Part shown: positions 24,766 through 37,009 of the stretch, piece by piece
Numbering within the stretch: position 1 is the stretch's first letter
Layout of the letters: the number at the start of each line of letters is the position of its first letter
Assembly (NCBI GenBank): GCA_002189035.1
Contig: CM007989.1
Location: forward strand, 5,766,001-5,830,000
Direction: 5' to 3'
Length of the DNA: 64,000 nucleotides
Origin: Utricularia gibba
Lineage: Eukaryota; Plantae; Magnoliophyta
Translations under genes and position numbers: made by a program
The notes under the pieces: model-generated
Database searches by the model: none
What the model was told of the DNA's origin: nothing
What the model saw: only the letters and a program-made list of their open reading frames with translations

Positions 24766-25816
24766 TTACGTTACAAAAGCATCAATGTTCTGGAACCATG
24801 GAAGACATAGCAAAACCCCCGTTTGATGGAGCATTGCATCAATCTCATCTCCATCTTCCATTTCAAGCTGATATCAGACATTAAACAGTCATCCGAATCG
24901 TGTTATTTTAGTAGAACACAGCATAATGATAAATAAGAAAAGTTGGGGGAAACCTCTTCTGGGGTCTGCTCGGACCGGAGGCGGCGACCATCAAACAGAA
25001 AAGCAATGGAGTTGATGTCCACAGATTGTCGATCGCAATAAGCATTCATCAGCTTCTTCAGCTGGGTGCTTCTTTTAATCCTGAAGAACACTTCATTCCC
25101 ATCCTATAGAGGAAAATCCATACACGTTTACTTCAAACATATAAAACACTTGGGATATTTATATGTGGCCCAGTGAGCAAAAGCCAACATTCATTCACCA
25201 ACGAGCAAAAGACGACTTTTTGAGGCGGATGACGTAAATTATAGTAACTTTTATATCATCAGTCTAAAACAAAACTGTGAAAGGAAACAAAAGTTGAAGC
25301 TGGACGGAATTACTATTTCAAGCACAATGGGTCTTGAAAACAAAGCAGCGAACGATATACAACCATGGGAATACTCATATAAAACGTTTTAGTCTGTTCA
25401 GCCATTTTCGTTAAACGAAATCAAACATCATATGCAGAAACATTCGTTAGTTTTTGTAATCTCATGGTTGGGATTAGGGAACCAGAAGGAGACCATTGCA
25501 ACAAATCAACCTAACAGCTAAAGCCCTCAACTCTGAGCAGATTTCAGATAACTCACACTCAAGAAACCAAATATTCACCGCGCTCCCTACGATTGGCAGC
25601 GCAGACACAAGTTACCTAGAATAGTGAGTAATCTTATATCCAAAACAAAGATTGTACTGATTCAAAACACCAAAATCAATAATAACAACGAAATAAGAAA
25701 ATTCGCCACCCAGATGTGGGAGAAAAGGGTAAGGCGGTGAAGACCTGGCCTTTTACTTTCAGATTGATATGAGCTGATGCATCACCGGGCTTCTTATCTT
25801 CCTCCTGCGCAGACAT
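24766..25816 (-). CDS. SUMO1: SUMO1/2-like small ubiquitin-related modifier; exons 25816-25745, 25103-24954, 24867-24766; as sequenced the C-terminus reads QTGV, not QTGG
   Basis: [24 protein letters not shown]|[27 protein letters not shown]...[16 protein letters not shown]|[17 protein letters not shown]. Canonical plant SUMO three-exon structure with phase-0 GT-AG introns. Confidence 0.93.
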
Positions 25817-25911
25817 TTCTTTGAAAGAAAATCAGCCGAAAAATGTCTCTTATCGCAGAGACAGACGCGAATTCCTGAGGCCTATTGAGCTTCCCTCATC
25901 ACCCTCGTAGT

Positions 25912-26031
25912 CAGTGGCTGACCCAGGATTTTGTGTAAGAGGGGGGCGAAACTAGAAATGAAGGTGAAACTCAATTAAAATTTTCAAAATTTTTAAAAAA
26001 TTTATCTAAAATTTTCCTGGGTCCGCCCCTG
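25912..26031. mobile_element. hAT-type MITE, 120 bp
   Basis: TIRs CAGTGGCTGACCCAGGA / TCCTGGGTCCGCCCCTG; 8-bp TSD CTCGTAGT / CTTGTAGT (7/8). Confidence 0.85.
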
Positions 26032-26399
26032 CTTGTAGTAGTCCAGATTCGTTTTCGCTCTCGCGTTATATTTGCTATAAATAATAAATAATTAGAAAAG
26101 AGATGCTGCTGGGTACTGCGTCCGCCGTCACATATTCAAAAAAAACAAAGGAAAAGCGTTGCGTAAAATGTACGCGGAAATATTTATTTCGCGTCCTTTA
26201 CATGATCCAGATGCCACGGGCGGAATTAATTTCTAGAGTGAAAAATTATTGCAACTGTCCGAAATCCATCCGACCATGACAACGTGTTGGTCATCTCATT
26301 CTTCGAGCTGCCAAATAACACCTTAAAAAGGCATTTTATTATTGGTGTAGAAATTGAATGAAATATTTTTTCTGTAATTTTAGAAATACATAATAAAAT

Positions 26400-26720
26400 A
26401 AAAAACAAGAAAAAATCAAAAGTTATACAAACCTTTCCATATTTTACCTCATTTTACACACAAACGTTTGTTAAAAACATTTCAAACATAAAGTTTATAT
26501 TTTTCAAACGGTTTCAATACAAACATTTTAAAACAATTTGTATTAGTACAAATATTTTATTATATATAATATTTTAATCACAAACGTTTAATCAACGAGA
26601 TTTTTGGTACATATGTTGTCTATTATTTTATGAAAATCATACAAACGTTTTTTCACACACTTTTTTCATACAAATGTTTATGAAAAATATATTATGAACA
26701 ATATACATTAAAAAAATTTA
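26400..26720. repeat. AT-rich MULE-TIR-like repeat with ACAAACGTT motifs; similar sequence at ~36400-36640
   Basis: Repeated CAAAC(G/A)TTT motifs; termini not defined. Confidence 0.3.
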
Positions 26721-27020
26721 AAATTCAAATATGTATATAAAAAAATATAGGAAAAATATTGATTGACATTTCTAATAGTTTTTTCGTTTTTTATCATTCA
26801 CTTTTATTTCGATACATATTATTAATCATTATATATTCTAATAAATTGAACGAATTGATTAATTTTATTTTATGTATATCTAATAAAATAATTTTCATTT
26901 ATAATTTTTAAACTATTAAACTATTCTAAATCATTACCAATAAGTTGTTCTAATCTAACCAACACTTCAAACTCATATAATACAATTATAATCATTCCCC
27001 TTTTTTGATGCCATGATTAA

Positions 27021-27501
27021 ATTTTCGACCTTTGGAACATTTTCTTTTGGTACTTGGAACTTTTGGGTTCTTCCTCCCCTAGAATGAGGAAAAACACTTA
27101 GCTTCCATTTTCGTTTTTGTTTCCATGGTCCTTTGTAGCTAAAACCCTTTAGTGTCTAGGAGAAGATGAAGTTTCCTTCCAAGTCTTGAGCAATACACTC
27201 GGTTCTTCGATGAATTCAATCCGGATTTTGCATACTTCCATGCTTTTTGTTGCAGTCTTTCTGTAACGACTCTTAGTCACGGTCCATGAGTAGTAGGCCA
27301 CTCCTTGTGGGTCTTGATGAAGATCATGTTGAAGAGCACCAACTCCAACCCCACCAGTTCGAGGGAAGTAGCGAATTGTTTGTGGTCGAGGTACCGCGAC
27401 AGTGGACAAACATCAACTCCTTGATTTCGATACTCGTACTACGCTCTTTTGTGTTTTACATTTTACATATTTCAAATTTATTGAGGAAACGACACGCAAC
27501 A
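27021..27501 (+). mobile_element. 3' half of a solo LTR (TGTTAAGTG...CGCAACA family), displaced by inversion
   Basis: Homologous to 38015-38880 in the opposite orientation; ends GACACGCAACA at 27501; internal deletion. Confidence 0.85.
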
Positions 27502-28763
27502 AATTTGTTCTAGAAAATATGCATCAATTAGGTTGTGCCATTCTCTCAAAACTTGTTTTAGGCCATATAAAACATTCAGTAATAAAAGTACCCCGTTTTT
27601 ATTTCCAAGCTATAGAAATCCTGGTGGTTGTGAGGTATTGATTTCCTCATCCAAATATGCTGACTTGACAGCTAGGTGATAGACTTTATTTTTACAAGCT
27701 ATCAAAGCAATAATCAGTTTTATAGTATCTAATCTAACTATGGGTGCAAATGTTTCAAAGAATTCAATTCCTTCTATTTGAGGGTATCCTTTAGCTACAA
27801 GCCTTTCTTTTAATGTTATTGACTAATTCATCTGAGTTCAATTTGGTTATGAAAATCCATTTGACTCCAATCATCCTTTTGTTCATTGGTTTTCCCACAA
27901 GTTCCATGTATTGTTTTGTTTATCATTGCTAGCTCTATGTCCATCGCTTCTTTCCATATAGGGTGTTTCAGTGCTTAGTTCAAGGTTTCTGGTCCTTTGA
28001 TCAACATGAATAATTGATACATCTTGGATAGCCTCTTTTTATCCCTCATAGGGAAGTCCTCAATGCTATACCTTCACCTAACAATTTTAGTTTCTACAAT
28101 AGAGTTCTTAATTTGCTCTTCCTATTGAGCATCTGATTGCTCTTCCTATTGAGTTTCTACAATAGAGTTATGATCCTATTTGCATCTCTCGATGAATTTC
28201 CGGCATAATTTTGTACACTAGTATTTTTGATTTGTTGTTGCATTGAGACTTCACTATTGTGTTCTTCTACTTCACTACTGCTTACATGATTGTGATTTAA
28301 CACAATGTTTTCTAGAATTGGTTAGTTGTTTATGCATTCTTCAATTGAGATTGGATTAGGAAAAAAATTTAGAATATCGCTTCTTTGTTGTATGTCCGAT
28401 GCATTTTCTTTGATGTTCGAGTTCCATGTTCTAAATTCATTGAATACTATGTCTCTAATAATCTTTATCTTCATATTTGATGAGTCCAACACTTTGTATC
28501 CTTGGTTATATTGTTATAGCCTAGATGTATACCCATTTCAGCCTTCTTGTCCATTACTCCTTTTTTCTTTGGGAATATGTATAAAGCATACAGAATCAAA
28601 TATGTTGTACATTAGGTATTCTACCATCCCAAATTCGAAAAGAAGTTTTATTTTTGATTAATCCTTTTCTAGGCAGTCTATTCAGCAAGCAAACCACAAT
28701 ATGTATCGCCTCTTCCTAGTAGGTTAATGATAAGCTCTTTTCATATAACAAGCATTCTCAAAC
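27502..28763 (-). pseudogene. Copia pol fragment (integrase end to RT N-terminal half), inverted
   Basis: ECLLYEKSL...LLNRLP...KGYKV; IGVKWIF..KLN; LVAKGYPQIEGIEFFETFAP; LYGLKQ..REW. Confidence 0.85.
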
Positions 28764-29209
28764 AAGTGTTCTAAGTCGGTTTTTATCTCACTTCCCATGT
28801 GCATTAATTCCTTCTTGTCCCCTTCTCATCATTCCTTCTGTCTTGTATACACCACCAGCTTTCCTTTGCATACAAGTTATCATCCAATCATTGCTGCAGA
28901 CTTTGACATGCTGTAAGTTAAGGGTCTTGACCGGTGTCAGTCTTCCACCCACAATTGTTCCAAGTCGCGTGCAAGGCATAAAAAGTTAGAGTCTAACCAC
29001 CTACAATACTCCTGCAACACTCTACGACTGCCTCCTAACATAACTTGGTCAAAGTGCATGAAAAAGACAAGGAAAATATATACAAAATAGGAAAATAGGA
29101 TTTTTCTAGGAAAATCAATTACTTATCAATATAATTCTTAAATGAGCGACTTAACATTAGATTAACACATAATAATTCCTAATAATAAACTAAAAAATGA
29201 CACTTAACA
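28764..29209 (-). mobile_element. 5' half of the same solo LTR
   Basis: Colinear with 38881-39334; ends GACACTTAACA (TGTTAAGTGTC on -). Confidence 0.85.
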
Positions 29210-30010
29210 ACATTTGTGTACCTATCCCATCAGATTGAGCCAACTTTAGTTAATGCTATTATAGGGAAAACAATTGTAGATCCTAAGAGCAACATAGGAG
29301 AATCAGCATATAGAAGCATTATTAGAGCGTTAATGTATCTTACGACAACGAGACTAGATATAGTATTTGCAATAAGTTTGCTATCCAGGTTCATGTCTAA
29401 ACTCCACCAAAATCATTTTGAGAGTGCTCTAAAATTTTGAAATATATTAGAAGCACTATAAACTATGGTTTGATATTTCAAAAAAAAAAATACTAACATT
29501 GCATTCAAGTGTTATGTTAATAACGATTTTGCAGGAGATACTAAAGACTTCAAATCCACAAGTGGATGCTTGTTTATGTTAGGTGACACCACAATCGCTT
29601 GGAATAGTAAAAACTAGGATGTCATCACACAATATTCAGCATAGACAAAGTAGATGGCTGTTGCTGCAGCAGCAGCAAATCATGTAATATGGCTACAAAG
29701 GATCCTATCAGACTTAAGAAATGATGTTAATATGCCTACATCATTGATGATTGATAACAAGTTGGAGAACAACCCAATTCAATTTTGAAGAAGGAAGCAT
29801 ATTCATATCAAGTTTCATATCCTTCGAGAATACATCAAGAATTATCAAATTAAGTTTGAGTATATACCTTCTGAGCATCAAATTGAAGATTTTCTAGCCA
29901 AGCTTCTTTATTCAAAGCAATTCTGCCAACTCCAAGTTTTAATGGGTCTAAAGTAAAATTCCAGCCTATAGAAAAGCTTAGAGAAGACAAATTTGCCTCA
30001 TCATGGGGTG
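29210..30010 (+). pseudogene. Copia RT C-terminus and RNase H
   Basis: YRSIIRALMYLTTTRLDIVFAISLLSRFM; DFAGD...KSTSG; RKHIHIKFHILRE. Confidence 0.85.
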
Positions 30011-30440
30011 TGTTAATTACTGATGAGATGGCTCCAATTAATTTGCTCAAATCTAAAACGAGTGCTGAGATTTTTCTGGATTTACCCATGTGAGAGGAAG
30101 ATTATGAAGAATGAGACCAAAGTACAACAAAACATCTAATGTCATTTATCAGGCCCAAACAACTAGCCACCCATCTAATGTCATGAAGCTCAAATGACGG
30201 AAGTTCAAACTGCAGCCAACACTAACTTGCGCACTAGTAGTCAATTTTGAGTCCAACAACTACTACATCCAAGCACTATAAATACATAAGTGCACACAAA
30301 CATTGTAACGTTTTCAATATACGATTTTCATTTCCAAACTACAAATTCCCAGATAGTGAGCTACAAAGTCTTTCAATCTCATTACATTTTTACCACTCTC
30401 AATGAATTTTGTATAAAGCTAATGCTTATAATATATTACT
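30011..30440 (+). mobile_element. Probable copia 3' LTR
   Basis: TGTTAA after GGGGTG; TATA-like CTATAAATA near 30277; end uncertain. Confidence 0.4.
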
Positions 30441-30639
30441 TCAGATTTAGGCATAGCATGCTTTAGAACCATTTTGTCTCATAAGATAGGATTGAGGTCA
30501 ACCTTATTTAGACCATCCTCGAAATTCAACCTTCTAGAACTCATGAGAGGTGTAGGTCCTAGTGGGATGACATTATGCCTTGAACTAGTTCAATGATTAT
30601 TGCAATTGACAACCTATTGACAATGATTATTTTGCATTA

Positions 30640-30810
30640 TAATCATTGAATATTTCACCAAACACATTGAATCCAAAGTAGTGGCGTCCATCATGGAGAA
30701 GATTGTAAAATTCTTCTTATGGAAGAACCTCATTTATAGGTTTGAAGCATTGAGAACACTGGTTTCAAATAATGGCACTCAAATTATGGGATCACAGATT
30801 GAAAAGGCCT
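30640..30810 (+). pseudogene. Gypsy (Tat-like) integrase core fragment
   Basis: FTKHIES...FLWKNLIYRF...LVSNNGTQ. Confidence 0.6.
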
Positions 30811-31234
30811 CAATTAGACATTGTACATTTGACATGATCTATTTGTGAGGGTATGGAATTTAGGAATTTGGATCAAATATGAGAAAAACATAAATTATTA
30901 TAAGAGATCAAATGATTCTAATTGCATTGTTAATTTTATAATTCCATATAGTGAGGAACAATGTTTTAAAAGTTAATGAATAAAATTACTTTAAAAAAAT
31001 CCTACAAGAATTTTTCTAATCCAATCAGTTTTCAAAATTTACACACACATATGGATGCATTTTAATATAGGGGGACCTTGATTCAAAACCAATTTTCTAT
31101 ATTGATCTAAAACCTGTCTTTTATGTTTTGATTTTGATTCTTTTCAAAACATCACTTTTTAAAAAAATTCAAATAATCAATTTTTTATGGATACAATCTC
31201 TATATCAATAGTTTATGTACATTTGAAAAATTAT

Positions 31235-32566
31235 TAATAAACGAAAATTTCTAATGTCGTTGCAAAAATAGAAAATTCGTTATCAAATAAATTTATAATC
31301 CCTAATCTACACAAAATACAAATTTAGAAAACTTGTATAGTGGATATCAGGGTCAATCACAAAGAGCTTGTGCTTGCTAAGTGTTTTAGTAAATGCATAA
31401 TTCGGGATAACAGTTAATTTTAGTCTATGCGCGGACTAACAGTGGTGAACAAGTTCAGTAAACAAGATCAGTAAATAATATCAGGTCTTAACGCTAAGGT
31501 AACAGGTACTAGTTCTAACTCAAAATAACACACGAAGATGCCTTAAGGATCTGTAGGTGGTGTAATGCTAAGGTTCCTAACTTAATTTACAATCTTCCTA
31601 CACTCACAACTTCAAATAACCTAAGTTTACCCAGGTCATTCATCATACTTTTAGCTAAGCTAGTCCCCAATATCATAACCAACATTGCAATTAGGTCTAC
31701 CCGCATGCAAAGCATATATAACTAAGTCTACTCGGTTCTACTTGTTCTACCTTGGACTAACACCGACTGCTCCCGTCTTGGTTTGTTGGTCTACCTCTAA
31801 ACCAAGCATCTAAGTTGTGAAACTACTTGTTTCCCTCCTTAGGTCTACCCATAGTTTGTTAGAAACAAGAGTTAAGGAACACACATAAATTTCATCATCA
31901 ACCCTTAGCACACACCAATCCACTTCACCTTAAGGCATTCCTAAGACTCTAGCCACGCATGCTTTGAATGTAAAACATGATAACATTAACATAAAGCAAC
32001 GAAAATGTCAAGAACATCGTGAAAGAGTTGGTTGCAGAAATTGAAAAACATCATCAAACGAAAATAAAGCAGTAAGAGTTCTGGTTTCCGTCTACTTCTG
32101 CTCCCTAACCGAAACAGTAGCGTTGGACTGGGCTCTTATGCTCCTGGTTCAGTACTCGTCGTGTTGGGGGAGAAGCCCCCTCGTCGGGTCTGCCCGTCTT
32201 CTCTCCCCAAAAAAATATCTTCACATCTTTTTTCCATTTTTCAAAATCAGTCCACTGTTCCTGACATCTGTACTGTTCCTGGCCTGAACCTACAGACTGT
32301 AGGCGGCTGAATAGTGCATTATGTCTCCTCTTTTAATGCTGCCCATTCTTCCAAATCTCTACATGTACGAAATTCATGTATTCTCCCTGATTTTTGAACT
32401 TTGTTGCTGGACTAGAAAAAATGTTAATAACATGGGATGGGTTAAATCAAAGGATTTAACCCATTAACACATAAAATCACATTATGCCCTAAAATTTGGT
32501 AAAAATACTAAAAACTATAAGATAAACACTTAAAACATGATTCAAAAGTATAATTTTCTTATTCTA
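31235..32566 (-). mobile_element. Athila-like solo LTR
   Basis: The 31235-31380 end matches 6430-6577 and 62280-62409; termini degenerate; possible TSD ATTAT/ATAAT. Confidence 0.6.
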
Positions 32567-33609
32567 ATAATAGGAAAATTCATGTGTTATCAATTATTAT
32601 CAAACACATTTTTCCAAAAGCCCTCCCACCCGATGTTATAATGTTTTTCATTATCCCATGCAATATGACATAGTAGGTTAATGACTTTTCCTTAATATAA
32701 AAGAATACATCAACCCAACTAGAAGATATGGTCAGCAAAAACATTAAAAATAGAATGTTCCATCTTGTCATCAACCTTTTGGAACTTGGAAGATACATAA
32801 ATCATCCCAAGAACATTAAAATCTTCCAAACCATGTAACAATGATGAATAAAGTGAATTTAATAAAGATAATGTATACTTAAAGTAAATTATTATAAAAT
32901 ATAATAAACATTAATTACAATGAATATTTCGTGTGACATGTTAATGTTTCACTAATTTGTCAATAAACTAAATAATTAAATTAATTGATAATTAAAAAAC
33001 GGTAACAAAGTTAAATCCAACAAAGGAATTTTAACAAGAGTACATTGCCAGATGAGTCGACTAGAATACGCATTATTTATTAAAGATAAAAATAAATAAT
33101 AGACAAGTTTCCAAAACGATAGAAATCGGCTGCGAATACTCTGAGACTCACGTGAAGGATAAGGAGGCCTAGGAGTATTTTGAGGATGCAGGGATCTTAT
33201 GGAAGGGAATGAAGCAGACTACTTACTGCACAGAGTTCAAATTGTTGTGCTGTTGATGAAAAGAAAAAGTATGATTTGGTGGCTTTGAAGAGAAACACTG
33301 CATCCCGGAAGGAGGGTCGACGATGGGTTTTGCATGCTGCTGGATCGTCATTCAACTTGCAATACTGAATGGAAATCTAGTTCAACAGGAGCTTCGAGCT
33401 ACCCAATTCTATTTTCAAATCGGCCAATAGCGAAGGCGAGAGAATGAGTCAAAAGTTGTTTGAAAGTAGTACATCAAATGCAACAACAACTTGCTTGAGG
33501 AACACACGCAACAACTATGTTGATTTCCCTGTATCCTCACTCACAATCATGGACAGAATTTTCAACAGAAACCCAACCAAATCCCAACTTGTGCTTACCA
33601 GATAGATAA

Positions 33610-34223
33610 TCAACGGTTCGCTCTGAGAAGTTCAAGCAAACCGCAGCAATTCGCCAATGGAGAGCGCCCTCCTGCTGCCGGGGGTGGATTTTCCTTGTTT
33701 CAAAATGAAAAAGTAAGTTACCATTTTCTTGGCTGTTGTCGGGGAAGTGAAAAAAATGAAGTCTAAATCATCGACATTTTTTTTTTTTTTCTCTTTGTAC
33801 CTCCGCATCCAGGCTTCTCTCTTTTTCAGTCTCCTCTGGGTCTGTAGTAGCCGGTTCCGTTGATTCCCCGACGACTTGGTGACTACCCTTGATGAGCGAT
33901 TCCACGTTTTGGATAGCGGATAACGCATCGAAGCCAACAACTGCATCTTTGACTTGAGTGAGAGACTCCTCCACCTCCTCGATCAATTTCTTCACAGTCT
34001 CCGTTACTTGCTCTGGCTTCACGGTGCCCTCCACCGTTTTCACTGCGTCCTCGATCTCAGCCTCAGCTGTGCCGACGGCATCATCCACGCTGGTCCTCAG
34101 AGTGTGGACAGCATCGTCTACCGCGCTCTCAGCCGTCTTGGCAGCATCGTCCACCGTGGTAACAGCAGGATCATCCGGCGTGGTAACAGCAGCAGGATCC
34201 GCCCCGTCTGCCTGTTCCGCCAT
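33610..34223 (-). CDS. Uncharacterised acidic 168-aa protein with 11-aa repeats and C-terminal Cys-Cys; exons 34223-33801 and 33693-33610
   Basis: GC-rich open frame from ATG 34223. Phase-0 intron 33800-33694 (GTAC...AACAAG). Exon 2 reads ENPPPAAGGRSPLANCCGLLELLRANR*. No stops. Confidence 0.75.
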
Positions 34224-36629
34224 TCCGATGATGAATAATTGCAGCAGGGAAGAAGTGGCCCAAAAAAAGCAATGGAGGAGTTGGAGTCGTTGTATTTGGG
34301 CAGAAGGGGCCGCAAACGACAGAGGGGATGACCTGTTCACGTTGTTGCAAATTAAGTGCCACAACACTCAACCCACATTCTCACCTCACCCCACCTCCTC
34401 ATTAACTGTTTTCAGCTTCCAACACAGGGAAGGGAAGCCATAAAATTGACAGCGTGATACAAAAAGAATTGAAATCATAACGAACCTTGGCCTTCTCCTA
34501 TTTGGATGTATGTGTTTTTTATTTTTCAACAAAAAATGTATGCAGCAGCTCGTGTGCTGAATGTGGAAATCTTTCGTAGCTTCTTCTTCGTGTAAAATTC
34601 ATATTACGATTTACCGATACAAATCATTTTGGACAAATTATAGAGTTAATATCTACTATTTATACTTATTATTTTAAAATTAGAATTTATAATGCCCACA
34701 ATTTTATTATAATTTGTTCCTCATTATTTACAAATTGAAACATCATTGTCCCAATATGGACAGTCCCCACTCCCAGGGGCCCAACATGTGTTATTAATAT
34801 GATAGAAGGATGAAGCTCTTTCTTCCACTAAACACATTAAACCCCAATTTTCCCATCCCGCTGTCCATCTGCCAGCGCCGCACCCACTCACCAAAGATGT
34901 CGCCGCCACCGCACCCGTACCCTGCTGGCTGCTGCCCTCAGGCACTTGCGCCCATCCATCCTCATTTTCACATTCATTCTTCTCTGTCAACGAATATACA
35001 TGAGAAACGAGATATCAGTTGTAGCTCATAAAAAAAAATGATCTTCACATAATACAACAATATGATGCAAATGATTGTGATTCACAGTTTCCTGTAGAGA
35101 AGTGCATGACATGAGTGGTGAATATGAATAACAATCAGGATCATGCACTTCTCCAAGTAGCATATCTGACTTCCAAATTCTGAGGAAGCATCGTAGAGAG
35201 CACGCCCTCCCTCTTGTTGATTGGAATGTTTATAATGAGAGCTTGCGTTTCAGAGACATGGATTTGTGATTTTTTTTTAATTTTTCAGCTTCCATGTGTT
35301 AATTTATTTCATTTTGTGGCTTTATTGGATATCATTCTTTAACGGAAAGGTTTTAAGTTCACAATACGACGAAGCAAAGAAGGCCAAAACGGAGTTCGTG
35401 AGTCTTGTGCCGGGGAAAAATTACCTCGTGTAAACAACCAATTTTTAACATCATTTTCGTTGATGTTTTTATTTACATCGGGCAAAAAGATCTTCACTAA
35501 GAACGAAATTGATGAATGAAGACCTTTATAAAATGACTATAAAGTGTTGGGAGTTGCAATGAATTTAACATGTGAAAAGCTTCGGGGAAGTGCCCTCACT
35601 TTATTAAAAATCTACTTAATGTCAAGAATTACTTTTAGAAAAATAACCATTCTGTATATGTGTAACAACTCGTTTTTAGGGCCCCAAAATATGAGCTGAG
35701 ACCATCCAGTCTTAATTGTATGAGCCAAAACTCAAAATTCTTAACATTATAACGGTATACAAATGTAACATTTCAAACTTCAAATTAACCTATTTATTTT
35801 ATCAGCTGCAATGTAAGAAAAAAAATACTAGTAACGCGAAGTAAAATCAGGAGCAACATTATTCTGGCACTGTCACTACAACAATTACAACCTCAAAGGG
35901 AATTAGCTAAGGTACAAGCAGTTCAACAATTTTTCCATAGGCCTTATAGAGCATAAATAAGATCATCTGTCACTACAAAAAAATAAAACTTGAGTGAGGT
36001 ACAGACAATTAAAACAGAACAAGAAGCTTGACTATTACTTCAGTGACTTGGATACTAACTAGATTTTAGGAGACTTGGTTGATCACAAGCTCTACTCCTC
36101 ACCCCCTTCATCTAGAACAGATAAAATAAGTGGTGATGCTACTATAAAAATTTAAGGTAAATCAAGTAAAAAGTATTTTGGATTGTTCGTAATAAAATAA
36201 GCAAAATCATCAACAATATCATGTATAAGAACAAACATATAGTGACTGCTGTAAATCTAACTTTGTTAATCCCCCTACCAGCTTGAACTCAGTCATCATT
36301 CTTACTATATAAGCATGAGTAGAAATATTTATGCTCTCACTTATAGCAGTTCAAACAGAGTCACCCAAAAGTTAAACCACCATAAACTTAGGTCTATGTC
36401 ACCCTTGAGTGTGAAAACATTTGCATCAAATCAATTAAATACCAGGAAACGTTTGTTTTCAATGTGATTTTTACAAACATGTGTGTTCAAATGTGCGAAA
36501 TAGCTCTACTTTTGTATCAAAACTAAACGTAGCCCTTTTAATTTGTATGAACATTTTTCCTAGTGTTTGTCAGTTTTCTATGCCTTTTAATGCATTGTTT
36601 TTATATTGTTTGAAAACTTTCAAATTCAA

Positions 36630-36785
36630 TGTTTTTAGTAAAAGCCGGAACCAGAACCAACCTAGAACCGATAAAGAACCGTGGTTCTGGGTCTATCGGT
36701 TCTTAATCGGATCTGAGTCATTTCCGGGTGTTTGTTTTTATAGTTGGGTCGGTTCTATTTTAGAACCGACCCATGAACATCTCTA
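36630..36785. mobile_element. hAT-like MITE remnant
   Basis: Multiple AGAACC(G)/CGGTTCT subterminal motifs and terminus CATGAACATCTCTA; other end not found. Confidence 0.55.
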
Positions 36786-37009
36786 CTTGTTGTGTGTTCC
36801 AAAAGCTTATGTCATTTGATTTTGGTCAATCCCATGTAGTCCAAGTTTTATTATTGATTAATGGTTTGTTATCGATCTAATCCTCTATCCCTGAATTGTT
36901 CCTTATCTTTTGATTTAATATTGTCTATAATATTATCTTACTAAGGTTTTCCCTGTTTTGTTCAATGTTTTATCTTGGTTCCAGTGTATTTTTTTTATTT
37001 CATTTTTTT

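Noticed and set aside
33954-34443. + strand ORFs of 161 and 94 aa overlapping the orphan gene
   Set aside because: Antisense shadows of a GC-rich repetitive CDS; no independent gene structure.
35185-35206. AGAGAGCACGC resembling the 3' end of miR535
   Set aside because: The 5' half does not match and there is no complementary arm nearby.
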